Below, one piece after another: positions 38,900-50,868 of a stretch of 64,000 nucleotides of DNA. The notes beneath the pieces are model-generated. The model searched no databases and was not told the DNA's origin. It saw only the letters and a program-made list of their open reading frames with translations. The stretch's first letter is position 1, and each line of letters starts with the position of its first letter. Made by a program: the position numbers and the translations under genes. Source of the stretch: the human T2T-CHM13v2.0 reference genome, Homo sapiens; the NCBI RefSeq assembly GCF_009914755.1, contig NC_060928.1. One strand, written 5' to 3'.

Positions 38900-39830
38900 G
38901 TCCAACTGGCTCCCTTAATGCTGCTGCCTTAGCAGCTGCATCTGCAAAAGACTTTCCTTTAGTCACACTAGAATCTCATTTTTGTTGTTGTTGAGACAGA
39001 GTCTAACTCTGTCGCCCAGGCTGGAGTACAGTGGCATGATCTTGTCTCCGCTCCCTGGGTTCAAGCAATTCTCCTGCCTCGGTCTCCCAAGTAGCTGGGA
39101 TTTCAGGAACCTGCCACTGCACCCGGCTAATTTTTGTATTTTTAGTAGAGACAGGTTTTCACCATCTTGGCCAGGGTGGTCTTGAAATCCTGACCTCATG
39201 ATCCACCTGCCTCCACCTCCCAAAGTGCTGGGATTACAGGCATGAGCCACCACTCCCGGCCTAGAATCTCCTTTTTGATGTCTTATGCAATGGATTACAG
39301 CTACTTCCTTGGGCAGAAGAACAGCATCCAATAGATTCAGAATTTCTAAGTGATGTTTTATAGGGGAACCCTTAGCAGTTAGGAGTCCCTGTTCCTTCCA
39401 GATAGCAGCATGAGCACGAAGTACCAGGAAGGCATACTTAGAGTCAGTGTAAATGTTAATTCTTAAGTCCATTCCCAATTGCAGGGCTCTAATAAGAGCT
39501 ATTAATTCTGCCTTTTGAGCCAAGGTAAAAGCTGGTAAAGCCTGAGATTCAATTACCTCGTGCTGACTAATGAGAGTATATCCAGCTTTTCTGTTTCCCT
39601 GGTGCACAAAGCTACTTCCCATCTGCAAACCATTCTACCCCAGGACTATCTACAGGCTAATCCTTTAAATCCAGCTGGCTGGAGTAAACTATTCCCTAAT
39701 TGTATACAAGAATGATCTAGGGGGCCTGTGCCTGTGTGTTCAGGCAAATAGGTAGCTGAATTCAAAATCTGGCATACTTTAAGACTTAAATCAGGAGTGT
39801 CTAGCAACAAAGCCTGATTTATTCACAGGA
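38900..39830 (-). pseudogene. pol: Retroviral tether + RNase H remnant, interrupted by an Alu
   Basis: 'WFADG', 'AQKAELIAL', 'INIYTDSKYAF', 'HQKGDS|[14 protein letters not shown]'. Confidence 0.9.
38978..39261 (-). mobile_element. AluS-like SINE inside RNase H
   Basis: Reverse Alu; TSD ctagaatctc at 38968-38977 and 39261-39270. Confidence 0.92.
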
Positions 39831-39899
39831 AAGGAGAAGGAGCAATTTTTCACCTGCCTGTGATTTCCAAAAGCTACTACCATTTGCAGCTGAGTCAAC

Positions 39900-40180
39900 A
39901 AATCCCCTTCCCAACAAGGGAGTGTGGTATTCAGGAGAAAACCAGAGTCCCTGAAGAGCAGCTTAAGGATAGGTAAAATGGCATCTATGGGCTTGTCCAT
40001 CTAGTGACCATAGTTTTGGAGTGACAGGGGCCCAATATAATGGGTCAAAACAAAGTAAGCAGTCCAGAAGGAAGTTAATATTCTTACCCTCCAGGTAACC
40101 CACATCAAGGGTTACCTGAGGCTTCTCAGGAGTTATGGCTAGTTATCCAATGAGAGCTATGGCAGAAGGTCTCGGGCCCC
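39900..40180 (-). pseudogene. pro: Retroviral protease remnant
   Basis: Reverse reading gives 'PQVTLDV..GKNINFLLD' with the TGA of DTGA deleted; follows the gag stop. Confidence 0.65.
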
Positions 40181-40181
40181 A

Positions 40182-42464
40182 TCACTCTTCAGCTTGCCTG
40201 ACTGCTTTGGCCATCATTGTGATAAGGAAGGGGGGCAGGAAAGTGCTGAAAGGAGAAGGGCAGATCCCTCACCAGGGTTCCACCCCCCGGGCCTGTGCCC
40301 ATGGACCTAGGTGAGGACAGGCTCTCCTGCCTTTGCGCCCAAATGTCGCATTTCCCAAGACCATCCTGGCCTGCCATGCCCCCATCCTGTGCCTATAAAA
40401 ACTCAGAGACCTTAGCAGGCAGACACACACACAAGCAGCCGGACATCGAGAGGAACACATCGGTGGAAGAAGACACAAGTGGCTGGACATCAAGAGGACA
40501 TCGAGGGGAGCACACCAGCACATCCACAGGCCATCGACCAGTGGAAGAACACAAGCTCAATAAAACTTTGCGCTCATTCTCCAAGCTCACGTGTAATCTG
40601 ATTCTTCTGGTACACCAAGGTAAGAACTCAGGATACAGAAAGCCCTCTGTCCTTGCAACAAGGTAGAGGTAGAGGGTCTAGTTAAGCTGGTTAACATAAG
40701 CTGCTCATAGACAGCAAAACTAAAAGAGCACATGGTAGCACATGCCCACTGGGGCTTCAGGAGCTGTAAACATCCACCCCTAAATGTAACCAGGGGATTG
40801 GACCCCCACAACCTGCCCCTCTGTATGCTCCCCTAGAGGTTTGAGCAGCAGGGCCCTGAAGAAGTGAGCCTCTCCCCGTCACACCCCCTGTGATGGGCAA
40901 AGGGAACTTTATCCTTTTCTATTGGTTGGGGTGCCAATGGCTCCCTTCGGAGCGCTGGGCAATCCCTCTTCCAATGGCCAGTTTTCTTACAGCGTGCACA
41001 TTGATTTATGGCCAAGGCCTGGTGACTCAGACACCCAGCTTTGGGCTTTCCACCTTTCAACCTCCCTTGTTCAGGCCAAGACCCAGGCGGGCAACCCCAT
41101 GTGGGAGGTGAGCTTAAGGCTGGAGCCAAGAGCTGCACCTAGTGGGAGTTTCTTCTTGCTCTTTCTGCTTCCTCTGCTTTGTCCCTGATATTAAAAATTA
41201 AAAATGCCATATCCAAAAAGCTGTTCATAGGAGTTTGGGGACCCATAGCTGCTTTTTTTTTTTTTTTTTTTAGCTTCCTACTGATATCAGGGACAGACTG
41301 GGTTATAAAACGTTCTCCCAAAAGGGTTTGCCCTTCCCTTGAGGCAGTCTCAGCGTTCACATATTTCTTAATTGCCTCAACTAAATGCCTCTGAAACAAA
41401 GCTGGATTCTCATCTTTACCCTGAGAAACTTCCCTAACCTTGTCATAGTTAACATGCTTTTTCATATATTTCTTCATCCCTTCCAAAAAGCAAATGACCA
41501 CATGATCTCTCCTCCCCAAGTCTTCACTGCCCCTTTGATAGTTCCACTCTGGACCAAGATGGATCTTGATGGAACCATCAAGATGTAACTGCCATGCCTC
41601 CTGCTTGATATATTATGGTTCAGATTGTGAGCCAATACCTCATCTGCCTGGGTCCTAGCTGTTCCCAAAACGTGTTGTTTCTCTTCTGCTGTACAAAACA
41701 GAGACAACAAAATGTGCAGATCCTGATAAGATGAACTATAGGTCAGAGTTAATTTCTCAAATTCATCTACGAATTTTCCTGGATCTTCAGAGAAATAGCT
41801 GAGCTTCTTTTTACATAGAGCCAAGTCAGACATAGAAAAGGGGATATGTACTTTCACTGTGCCTTCTTCCTCATTTGCCACCTCTCTAAGGAAAGATTTC
41901 CTTTCAGAGGTTTAGAAGAGGCTTCACTACGAGTGGTACTCACTGGGCTAAGTTCCTCAGGGAGTGGTGGGTATAAAGTGGGACTAGACAGGTAAGGAAG
42001 AGAGGATGAAGGGCTCTCAATAGAACTTTCAGCTGGACCAGAGGGAGAAAGGGCCGACACAGCTGAAGGTTCTGCTCCACCAAAAAATGCCTACTGAACT
42101 GCAGGAGCTTGCATCACAGGATCATCTAGTATGTCTAGTTCTTTTTCTTCCTTTCCTCTCATCAAACACACACGCGCCTGCTGCAGGGTTTTATCCTGAC
42201 TGAGCAGCAAAAATGCTTGGACATATGGTATTTCATCCCATTTTTCTTCTCACTTACAAAACAAATCGAGTTGAAGTACAGTATTAAAGGCCTTAGTTCC
42301 AGTAGGAGGCCATTTCTCTTGTTTTCCCAAATAATACCGAGGCCAAATGTATTACATAGAAACACCAGTTTTCTCCTCTTAAGTCTATTCAGTTTAAATT
42401 GGTCTCAATGTTCAAAAATATATCCTAGTGGTGAGTTATTTGGAATTGATGCCATGGTTCCCAT
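40182..42464 (-). pseudogene. gag: Gammaretrovirus-like gag pseudogene, interrupted by a solo LTR
   Basis: Starts MGTMASIPNNSPLG; 'VHIPFSMSDL'; MHR-like 'VSQGKDENPALF'; zinc knuckle CARCKKTGHWKRDC; TGA at 40182-40184 followed by TGG GGC CCG. Confidence 0.88.
40220..40920 (+). mobile_element. ERV1 solo LTR (LTR1/HUERS-P-like) inserted antisense into the gag 3' end
   Basis: Starts TGATAAGG; TATAAAA at ~40394; AATAAA at ~40559; ends 'agggaactttatccttttct'; perfect TSD attg at 40216-40219 and 40921-40924. Family label tentative. Confidence 0.8.
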
Positions 42465-43672
42465 GAAGGAGGCAGGTGATGTTGAAAGTAAAGTTCCAAA
42501 CCTGTGAGATTGTATTGTCACTGGCTGAGTTCCACTAAAAAGGATAGGAGAGGTTTTTAAGATCAGCTGCAGTAATGAGGGGGATCCCTGCCAAAAAATG
42601 GAATTATCTTATTCACAGTGTCTGAATAATATAAATGAGGCAGCCATGAATCTCAGATATATCACAACATGGACTCCAACAATAGAAATGTCGAATAAGG
42701 CAAAGGAAATGAAGAGGATTTAGATGGGAATGACCAGGGCAAGCAGGTTCTGGGCAATAGTGGCAACATGGATTGGACAAGCAAAGCCAGTTTGCTTGAA
42801 TCCAAGAAAGGAAAGAAGTGTTTTTTGTGTGCAGAATGAAACAAAACGGCAAGGAAAAAAAGTCCCCTGATTTTCATCCTAGTGCTTCTGGATCACACCT
42901 AGTTAGCACGAAACATAACAGCAGCAACAAAATATAACCTAGCAGCAAAAAAACATAACCACATGTATCTAATCTTATTGCTCATGGCTATGAAATACCA
43001 AACCACAATCAGCAATTTTAGAGAGGGAGCCTTCAATGCCTTTTTTGTTCCCAATGTTTCACAAGCAAATGGATGGAAATCAGGAGGCACACATAGGAAG
43101 AATAAGTTAAAATCCCTAAGACCAGTTGAATGAAGTATCCTGAAAATGACAGAGAAACAGAGACTGCAAACAAGAAATTGATTCATGCCACAAAGAGGAC
43201 AAGGCAGATTAATACAAAGAGCATGGCAGTTAACATCCTGTGGTGCCAAACTTGTTTCTATCTGAGAGAGCATTCACGCTACCCCCCTAAATCTTAGAAT
43301 GGACTCTAACCCTGCTAAGTCAGGTCTCTAACCCAAGGTTGGTCAAGAGTCCTTGCCTTTTATTGAGAGAAGCCTTTAACCCTCTCTGTCTTAGGAGAGA
43401 CTCCCCTAAGTTGGGTCTTCTAACCCAATCCTCACTTACCCAAAGTCAGCCAATTGGTGTGTGCAAATGACTTTCCTTTGGGTCATGGATCTCTTCAATA
43501 TCACCACTTCCGGTTTGCCAAAAAGATATCACCGGACCCCACCACTTACCCAAATTTTCCCTTTGGATTGAAGGTTTCTGCACTATAGGCTCTTCAGTGG
43601 TCACCAGAAAGACATTACAGGACCCCACGACTTACCTAAAGTTAGCCTTTGGGTCAAGGATTTCCTCACTGT

Positions 43673-43692
43673 AGTCCCTTCAGTGGTTGCCA
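43673..43692 (-). other. Primer-binding site of the MER41 provirus (tRNA-Arg-like)
   Basis: + strand 'agtcccttcagtggttgcca' resembles the recalled tRNA-Arg(TCG) 3' end AGTCCCTTCGTGGTCGCCA. Confidence 0.65.
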
Positions 43693-45826
43693 GAAAGATA
43701 TTACAGGAAAGGGATCCTGATCCAGACCCCAAGAGAGGGTTCTTGGATCTCAAGAAGAAAGAATTCAGGGCGAGTCAGCAGTGCAAAGCAAAAGTAAGTT
43801 TATTAAGAAAGTCAAGTGGTGAAAGTACAGCTACTCTATAGACAGAGTAGGGCGTTCCCAAGAGTAAGAGGAGAAATGCGTCCAGCCCAGGTACAAGGCT
43901 TGTATAAAAAGGATAAAAAAGGATCATGGGGAGATGGAGATGTGCTGTGCTTCAAGGGTTTGTGATAAAGGATTAATTTTCTTAATTACTATACTTTTGC
44001 AAGAATCAATGTTATTATCTTTATCACAAAATTAGGAATGCCTTTGTTCTCAAGATAGCAGGATATCTGGACACTCCCAAGTCGAGATGTTTAGTAAATA
44101 TTATCAATCTATTCCCTTAACTGTAAACATCTAGAGTCTAGGAATGCCTGACTTTCTGGGAATGCAGCCCGGCCAGTCCCAGCCTCATTTTCCTAGCCCT
44201 CACTCAAGATGGAGTCGCTCTGCTTCCAACGCCTCTGACAGTTGGGGTGGATGAAAAAGTGTCGTGTAATAGCTCAGAAGGCAAAGTACCTTGTTTTATC
44301 AATTGTTTAGGCATCTTTGTACCCACCCTTGATTTGGAGGGTCCAACTTTGACCTAATTCTATCCCTCAAATCCAGGCCCTTACAGCCTCACATGCCCAC
44401 CTTTTCTATGACAGTCCTTGGGCCTAGAGGGAGGGTGCTTGTATAGTCTTAAAAGCAGGCCATTTGAAGTGAAAAACAGATTAGGCCCAGTGTAATGCTA
44501 AAGGAGGGAGATTTGTATCTCTGCTCTTCAGATTACCATGATTTTAGCTTCCTTGCAAGTAAAACAAGGAGAAATAAGATTCGTATTTCTACAGAGTATT
44601 TGTGTGTCAGAACAGAAAAGAAGAACCTACTCCATTAGGGTGCCAACTAAAAATATGAAGAAAAATTATAATCTGGCACTCTCTAGAGGATTACTGTAGC
44701 CAAGAAATAATTAATGATTCAATCTGCACTCAGAAACAAAAGTCGGAGCTGAAATAACAAGTGTTACACTTTTCCTTTGAAACAATTTCTCTCTCTAGCC
44801 CTCCTTTTCTATTAGAGAGAAGATACAGTAAGACCAATCTGTGTGCAAAGTAAGTTTTAGGCTTATTATGCTTGGCCTGATTATTTGCATAAAATGCAGC
44901 AAGAATTGATTGGCTATATAGGCTCATTTTAAGTTGGCTTTGCTGGAACTTTACCTAAAAATATATTATTCTAGTCAAAGCCTTGGTAAAATAACCAGTG
45001 TCTCTAGTTGTCCTATTTTAAAAGTAAAGATTCTTACTAAACCTATGCAAATAACTATATCGTCATAAAATCAGAATGATTATGAGCAGTTTCCATATTT
45101 TGGAGAACTCAGACAGAAAAGTAAACTTGTTCACAAAAATGTACTTCAACCAATAGCTGTAAACTACAAATAACAAAAGAAAAAGATTTGCTTGTCTCTT
45201 CTTTAACCAGAGCATGGGTTTCAAACAGGATGTCACTTGTTCACCTTGGAAATACTATCCACAAGCCAAACAACTCTTGTTAGATGAGAGCTGTCTATCA
45301 GGCACTGTCCAACATAACAGCTCTAGAATCTATATGAGGATATAGTTAGAATCAGCGATGGTAGGGGGGAAAGGCTACCTGCTTATGAGTATTCTCCTCC
45401 TTGCATTCCCCAGGTAGCAAGATACTGCATCAAAAGGATTTGATCTTATATCAAAAGTTTGGACCAAGGCACTCAGGCCCTTTGGTTAATGTTTATCTTA
45501 TTTGCCTCAACATTGCCCAGGTAATGCCATCTTTCTCATTATAAACTTTGGCTTTTTTTGTTTGTTTGTTTTTTTGTTTGTTTTAGTTCTCCAATGGGGG
45601 CAAATAGTGGAAACCCATCCAAAAATTTCTATCACTCTTCTGGGGAGAGTCCTTTGACTCCCTTTTTCCTTTCCCTTTTTATTTTTGTTGTTGTAGTTGT
45701 TGTTAATTACCCCGATGTTTTATTAAGCATCTGTAAGACCCATGAGGGACAGGAAATTTGATAAGGCTTCTCAAACAGTTGTGTGATTTTGTGGTAGTGA
45801 TGTTACCTGGGGTATCCATGGAAAAG

Positions 45827-46504
45827 TGTAACCACCCACTGGGTTCACCTTGCCCGCCACCTAGACAGAGACAATTGATCAAGACAGGGGAATTGCAATA
45901 GAGAAAGAGTAATTCACGCAGAACTGGCTGTGTGGGAGACCAGAGTTTCATTATTACTCAAAGCTGTCTCCCTGAGCATTCAGGGATTGGAGTTTTTAAG
46001 GACAACTTGGTGGGTGGGGGGAAGCCAGTGAGCCACGAATGCTGATTGGCTAGGTAGGAGATAAAATCATAGGAAACTGAAGCTGTCCTCTTGTGCTGAG
46101 TCAGTTCCTGGCTAGGGGGGTCACAAGATCAGATGAGGCAGTTAATCCATCTGGATGGTGCCAGCTGATCCATCAAGTGCAGGGTCTGTAAAATATCTTA
46201 AGCACTGATCTTAGGAGCAATTCAGGGAGGGTCAGAATCTTGTAGCCTCCAGCTGCATGATTCCTAAACCATAATTTCTAATCTTGTGCCTAATTTGTTA
46301 GTCCTACAAAGGCAGTGTAGTCCCCAGACAAGAAGGAGGTTTGTTTTGGGAAAAGGCTGTTATCATGTTGATTAAACTATAAACTAAGTTCTTTCTAAAG
46401 TTAGTTCAGCCTGCACCCAGAAGTGAACAAGGACAGTTTGGAAATCAGAAACAAGATGTTGTTAGCTAGGTCAGCTGAGTTATAATTTTGCAATGGTGGT
46501 TTCA
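45827..46504 (-). mobile_element. LTR8 (HUERS-P1) solo LTR nested in MER4-int
   Basis: Reverse complement starts TGAAACCACCATTGCAAAATTATAAC and ends GGGTGGTTACA; TSD aaag/atag. Confidence 0.88.
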
Positions 46505-47491
46505 ATAGGAGTCCCCTTAACCCCTAAATTTACTATGACCTGTGTAATGGGCATATTTGGTGGGAGAATATGCTGGTTATCATAAGGTCAGTCTCATACG
46601 ACTTGCATATGAAGCATACCAACTGCTTCATCTGGTGTGCTCCACTTGATATTTTACAGGGAAATTCGGTCAGTCACCATCTCAGGGCAAACAGACTGTA
46701 CAGAGGCATTTATCTGGTCCAATAGGTTAGTTGCAGGAATAACCTCGTGTGCCTTGGGATCACATTATTCAGTAGTGATTGTTTAATAGTGAGTTGTGGT
46801 TCCTGCATCAACAAACAAGCTCTTTCCTTCTGCAGCATTTAAAATTAAGAATTATGTCCTTAAATTAGTGATTTTTACAATTCATTATAGTAAAGGTTTC
46901 TCAAGAAGCTGATGACAGCAATCTACAAAATGGACCAATTCCTTTACATTATACCCTCTAGTTTAATAGTTACTTGGTCTTGCCCTTCCCCCACATTGCC
47001 TATCTTCTTGAAAACCACAGGTCTCAGAGGTAACATTTGTTGCCCTGGCTTAATAATTTTTATCCATTTAGTTCTACCTGTATGTTTTCCTTTATCTTAA
47101 AGTGACTTAAATAGTTTCTTAACTAGAAAAAATATTACATTTTCTTCAGCAAAAAAACACATCCTTGTATTTTATAAGCTTCACCAAAAATACCCTTTAC
47201 ACTGTTATTATTTTAGATCTTAGGAACTCAAATTCCCAGTGAAAAAAACCAAAGTTACTTAATTTAACACAACAGGACTTTAAGATTTTAAACTACTGGA
47301 GATAATTTTGAAATTAAATTTACCAAATTAATCTTACCAAAGATAACAAAGGTCATGTGACTTAAAAGGCTAATATCTACCAGCTAATATCTGAACAAAT
47401 ATCTACCAGCCTGATAAGCACTTACTTTTTTTTTTAATCAATTGATTAGAGCTCTTTCATGTAGTTTGGTGGTGAAATATCACTTCCACAT

Positions 47492-47995
47492 TGAGATGGG
47501 ATAGTTCCCTTGACCTCTTCAGAGGACTCATGAAGAGGTGGTTCACTTACTCAGCCCACAGCTCTCAAACCCCTTGTGGGAGTGGGAGTGAGCAGGTGAG
47601 AGGGGGCAGAGACCGGGATGGGTGTTTCTAGGCACTGGCAGGAGTAGAATTCCGTAGCCTGGCAGCAGTGTCCAGGGGTTGCCCAGGACCCCCAGAGCCC
47701 CAGAAGGCATGTGTTATAGTGCTGTCCTTTAGCTTTGCCATTCATGGATGGCTTAAGTGTTAAAACAGCTCAGTGGAGAGCCAGTATGACAGCCTCCTGT
47801 ACCTGCACCCAGGTTCTTGTCCATCATCCAGGAGGAATGAAGTGGCATGAACAAATCGGAGGTTGGTGAATGTGAAGGATTTTATTGTGCAGCAGAAGTG
47901 GCTCTCAGCAGCATGGGGAACTGGAAAGGGGATGGAGTGGGAAGGCAGTATTCCGCTCAAGTTCAGCCAATCCTGGCTGAACTCCTCTCCAACAG
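47492..47995 (-). mobile_element. MER52-like LTR 3' fragment nested in MER4-int
   Basis: Reverse complement ends 'gtcaagggaactatcccatctca'; AATAAA at ~47881-47886; U3 missing. Confidence 0.65.
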
Positions 47996-50063
47996 TAATC
48001 TCTGATGATTGCTTGATAAATAAATGCAAATGAAACTGTATGCTGACAATTCTTAAGATATTTCTAATACTACTTTACCAATAATTTTAAAACCAGCTTA
48101 TTTATGAAAGATGTTACCTGAATCATGTGAACTTGAAAAGCATGTGGGCTTATTATTTAATTTATGAATACTCTTTAGCTTCAAGCCAATTTGCTACTTT
48201 GTGGCCAAAACCACATAACGAAATACATGTACATACACATAAACACACACAAATGCATTTGTTACAAACAAGGATCTTACAGTTTTTACTTCAGAACTCT
48301 GGCCATGAGAGATTAATACAAACTCAGCAGTTTGCAAAAACAATAATAATTTTAAAAACATTGCAAACATTGGATTTTATGTTAGTAGAAAAGTAACAGC
48401 AGACTTCAATCAGGCAGAAAAGAAAACAGAGAATTTAGGAACATTATAGTTAGTTGCAGGTCAACCTTTGGGCTCTGAGTTTTCCATGATGTTATTTGCC
48501 CATCAGTTTAAAACGTACACAAGAACAGACCTAATCTGTAACCAGCTGGAGTATTAGAAAACCTGTTATGTCCTTCCATTTTCACAATCACTTGCAAGTA
48601 GAGGTGCCATAAAGCTGGGCAGGTTGACCAAGGTGGGTCATTCTCCTTGTCTTTCCTCATTCTTAGGTGATTTGTTTTGCACATTTTTTTTTCTTAAAAC
48701 AAGGAACTGGTCTGTGGCCTAGGGTTTAGTGTAGTGGAACAAGATGTGCTGACTGTGGCCAGGACTCCACAGTGAGTCACCACTGAGTCATTTCTGCCCT
48801 CCTATTACATGCCTCAGTTTCTCTCTCTGGAGGTCTAGCACCTCTGAGAGGGCTCAAAACATGGAGTGGCAAGCTCCTATATGTGTTTCCTGGATGAGCA
48901 TTTTTAAACTAATTTTTTTGGGAGTTTCCTGTAGGGCTGCTGCACATCATGGGAAGGTCAACCCCCCAGACACTCCCATTCAGCCCCAGTCACCAAGGAG
49001 TACCTTTTGGCCAGAAGGAGCAAAATGCCCTTTCTCTTCAGAGCTAAGTAAACTCAATCTCTCATTTATCTATAAAAAGAGCGACAATTCAGTTCCTCAT
49101 GCAAATGAGCAGAGAAGTCAATCAAGACTAATTTTGGGAGGAAAGGTAATAGAGAAGACTATTTAGAATGTACCTCCAAATTAGAATTAGGATCATAAGC
49201 AACAACTTTCTTGGAGGAAAAACACCAGCCAAGACTACTTCCTGTAAACTGTGCTCAGCTACCCCTAAATTTGTAGCTCTCATCCGCCATTATACACACC
49301 AAGATCAAATCCTCTCACATTACAAGGTCATCTCTGGTACCCACAAAGCGAAAGTGGTCAGGTAATAAAATATAGGAGAGCTTCAGACATAAGAAGAATT
49401 TGCCCACGACTGTTGAAACGCCACAAAGAAAACAGAGCACCCCAAAAGGGATGAGCGGCGTCTTTGTTTTGAGTTCTTTCAGGGGCTTGAGTCATTAGAA
49501 GCCTTCTCTAGATTTTTTCTTGGTACTGAAGACAGCAAAGGGGAAAGCAGGAATAGGGTGAAAGAAAAGTAAACAAAACAAAGAAAGTTTTGTTTTTAAG
49601 AAGGGAAGCAAACATAGAAACCAAGTGCATGGTTTGTTGTTGTTGTTGTTTTCTTCTTTTTGAAGCTGTGAGAAATTCTAGCCAATTCAGAAGTCTTGTT
49701 GCCCATAATCTGGGATTCTCATTTGAATTTGACAAATTTGAGTAGAGTTGGTCAAATCTGATGGGAGAAAGACCAGAACAACAACAACAACAAAACCAAC
49801 TATATAGTCTTTGAGTGTTCTTGTGGTAAGGAGAAATTAGGCTCAACTGGTTGTCAATTTTAACCTTTAGTCATTAAGGATAATTTCCAAGACAAAAGTC
49901 CCCAATTCAGCTACTTACTGGGAATGAGATTGGGGATCCTATGGAGGGAGGGGAGCTCCTGGGTCTTGGCAAATTGTCCTATTGGTTTGAACCATAAGGA
50001 AATCTCAAGCTGGTACCAAGCACCGATAGGAGATTTGTCAAAAGTCAGGGGAAACTCCACTCA

Positions 50064-50083
50064 GAATCCCTTCGTGGTTATCA
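50064..50083 (-). other. Primer-binding site of the MER4 provirus (tRNA-Arg-like)
   Basis: 'gaatcccttcgtggttatca' versus the recalled tRNA-Arg(TCG) 3' end GAATCCCTTCGTGGTTACCA. Confidence 0.7.
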
Positions 50084-50086
50084 GTT

Positions 50087-50666
50087 TGTCAACCCCAAAT
50101 ACCTGAGACAGGTCTCAATCAATTTAGAAAGTTTATTTTGACAAAGTTAAGGACACGCCAGTGACACCCTCAGGAGGTCCCAACAATATGTGCCCAAGGT
50201 GGCCAGGGTACAGCCTGCTTTTATACATTTTAGGGAGACATGAGATATCAATCAATACCTGGAAGATTTACTTACATTGGTTCCATCTGGAAGGGCAGGA
50301 CAACTCAATAGTGGGGAGCTTCCAGGTCATAGACAGATTTAAATGTTTCCTGACTGACATTTGTTTGAAAGAGTTATTGTCAGTAGAAAGGAATATCTGG
50401 GTTAAAATAAGGGGTTGTAGAGACCAAGGTTTTATTATGCAGATGAAGCCTCCAGCAGGCTTCACAGAAAATAGATTGCAAACGTTTCTTATCAGACTTA
50501 AGGTCTGTGTTAATGTTAATGCTGGAGGGTATAGTGAGGCATGTCCAACCCCCTTTGTCATCATAACCTGAACTGGATTTTCAGGTTAACTCAGGAATGC
50601 CCGTAGCTGAGAGGAGGAGTTCATTCAGATGGTTGGTGGACCTTAGAATTTTATTTTTTGTTTAAC
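50087..50666 (-). mobile_element. MER4 5' LTR
   Basis: Colinear with 35542-36151. Confidence 0.88.
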
Positions 50667-50868
50667 TTCAGAAATAAAACAAATGACTGTGAGTCCTTTT
50701 CATTTTTTTTTTATTTGACAGACTAGCCTTGGGGTTGTTAAATATATTAAGGAAAGCATCTATGTATGTCTTTTTAATAAACTATCTGAGAAGAGCTCAC
50801 ATACTATGAAGTTATGTTATCTTGCATTCGTTCTGTTCAGCATGTGAGGCACTAACCAGTTTGTATCT

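Larger units (their letters stand above)
36656..44240 (-). mobile_element. MER41-family provirus with two LTRs and gag/pro/RNase H/IN/env-tail remnants, nested in MER4-int
   Basis: LTRs at 36656-37190 and 43699-44240 (reverse complement starts TGTCAGAGGCGTTGGAAGCAGAGCGACTCCATCTTG); perfect 4-bp TSD gttg at 36652-36655 and 44241-44244. Confidence 0.88.
35542..50666 (-). mobile_element. MER4-group ERV1 provirus with two LTRs, hosting nested insertions
   Basis: Homologous LTRs at 35542-36151 and 50087-50666; PPT (ttctccccc) next to 36151; PBS next to 50087; approximate TSD ctca/ttca. Confidence 0.85.

Noticed and set aside
43430-43720. Regularly spaced repeat as a CRISPR-like array
   Set aside because: Whole units, including the would-be spacers, are homologous; the context is a eukaryotic ERV leader with no cas genes.
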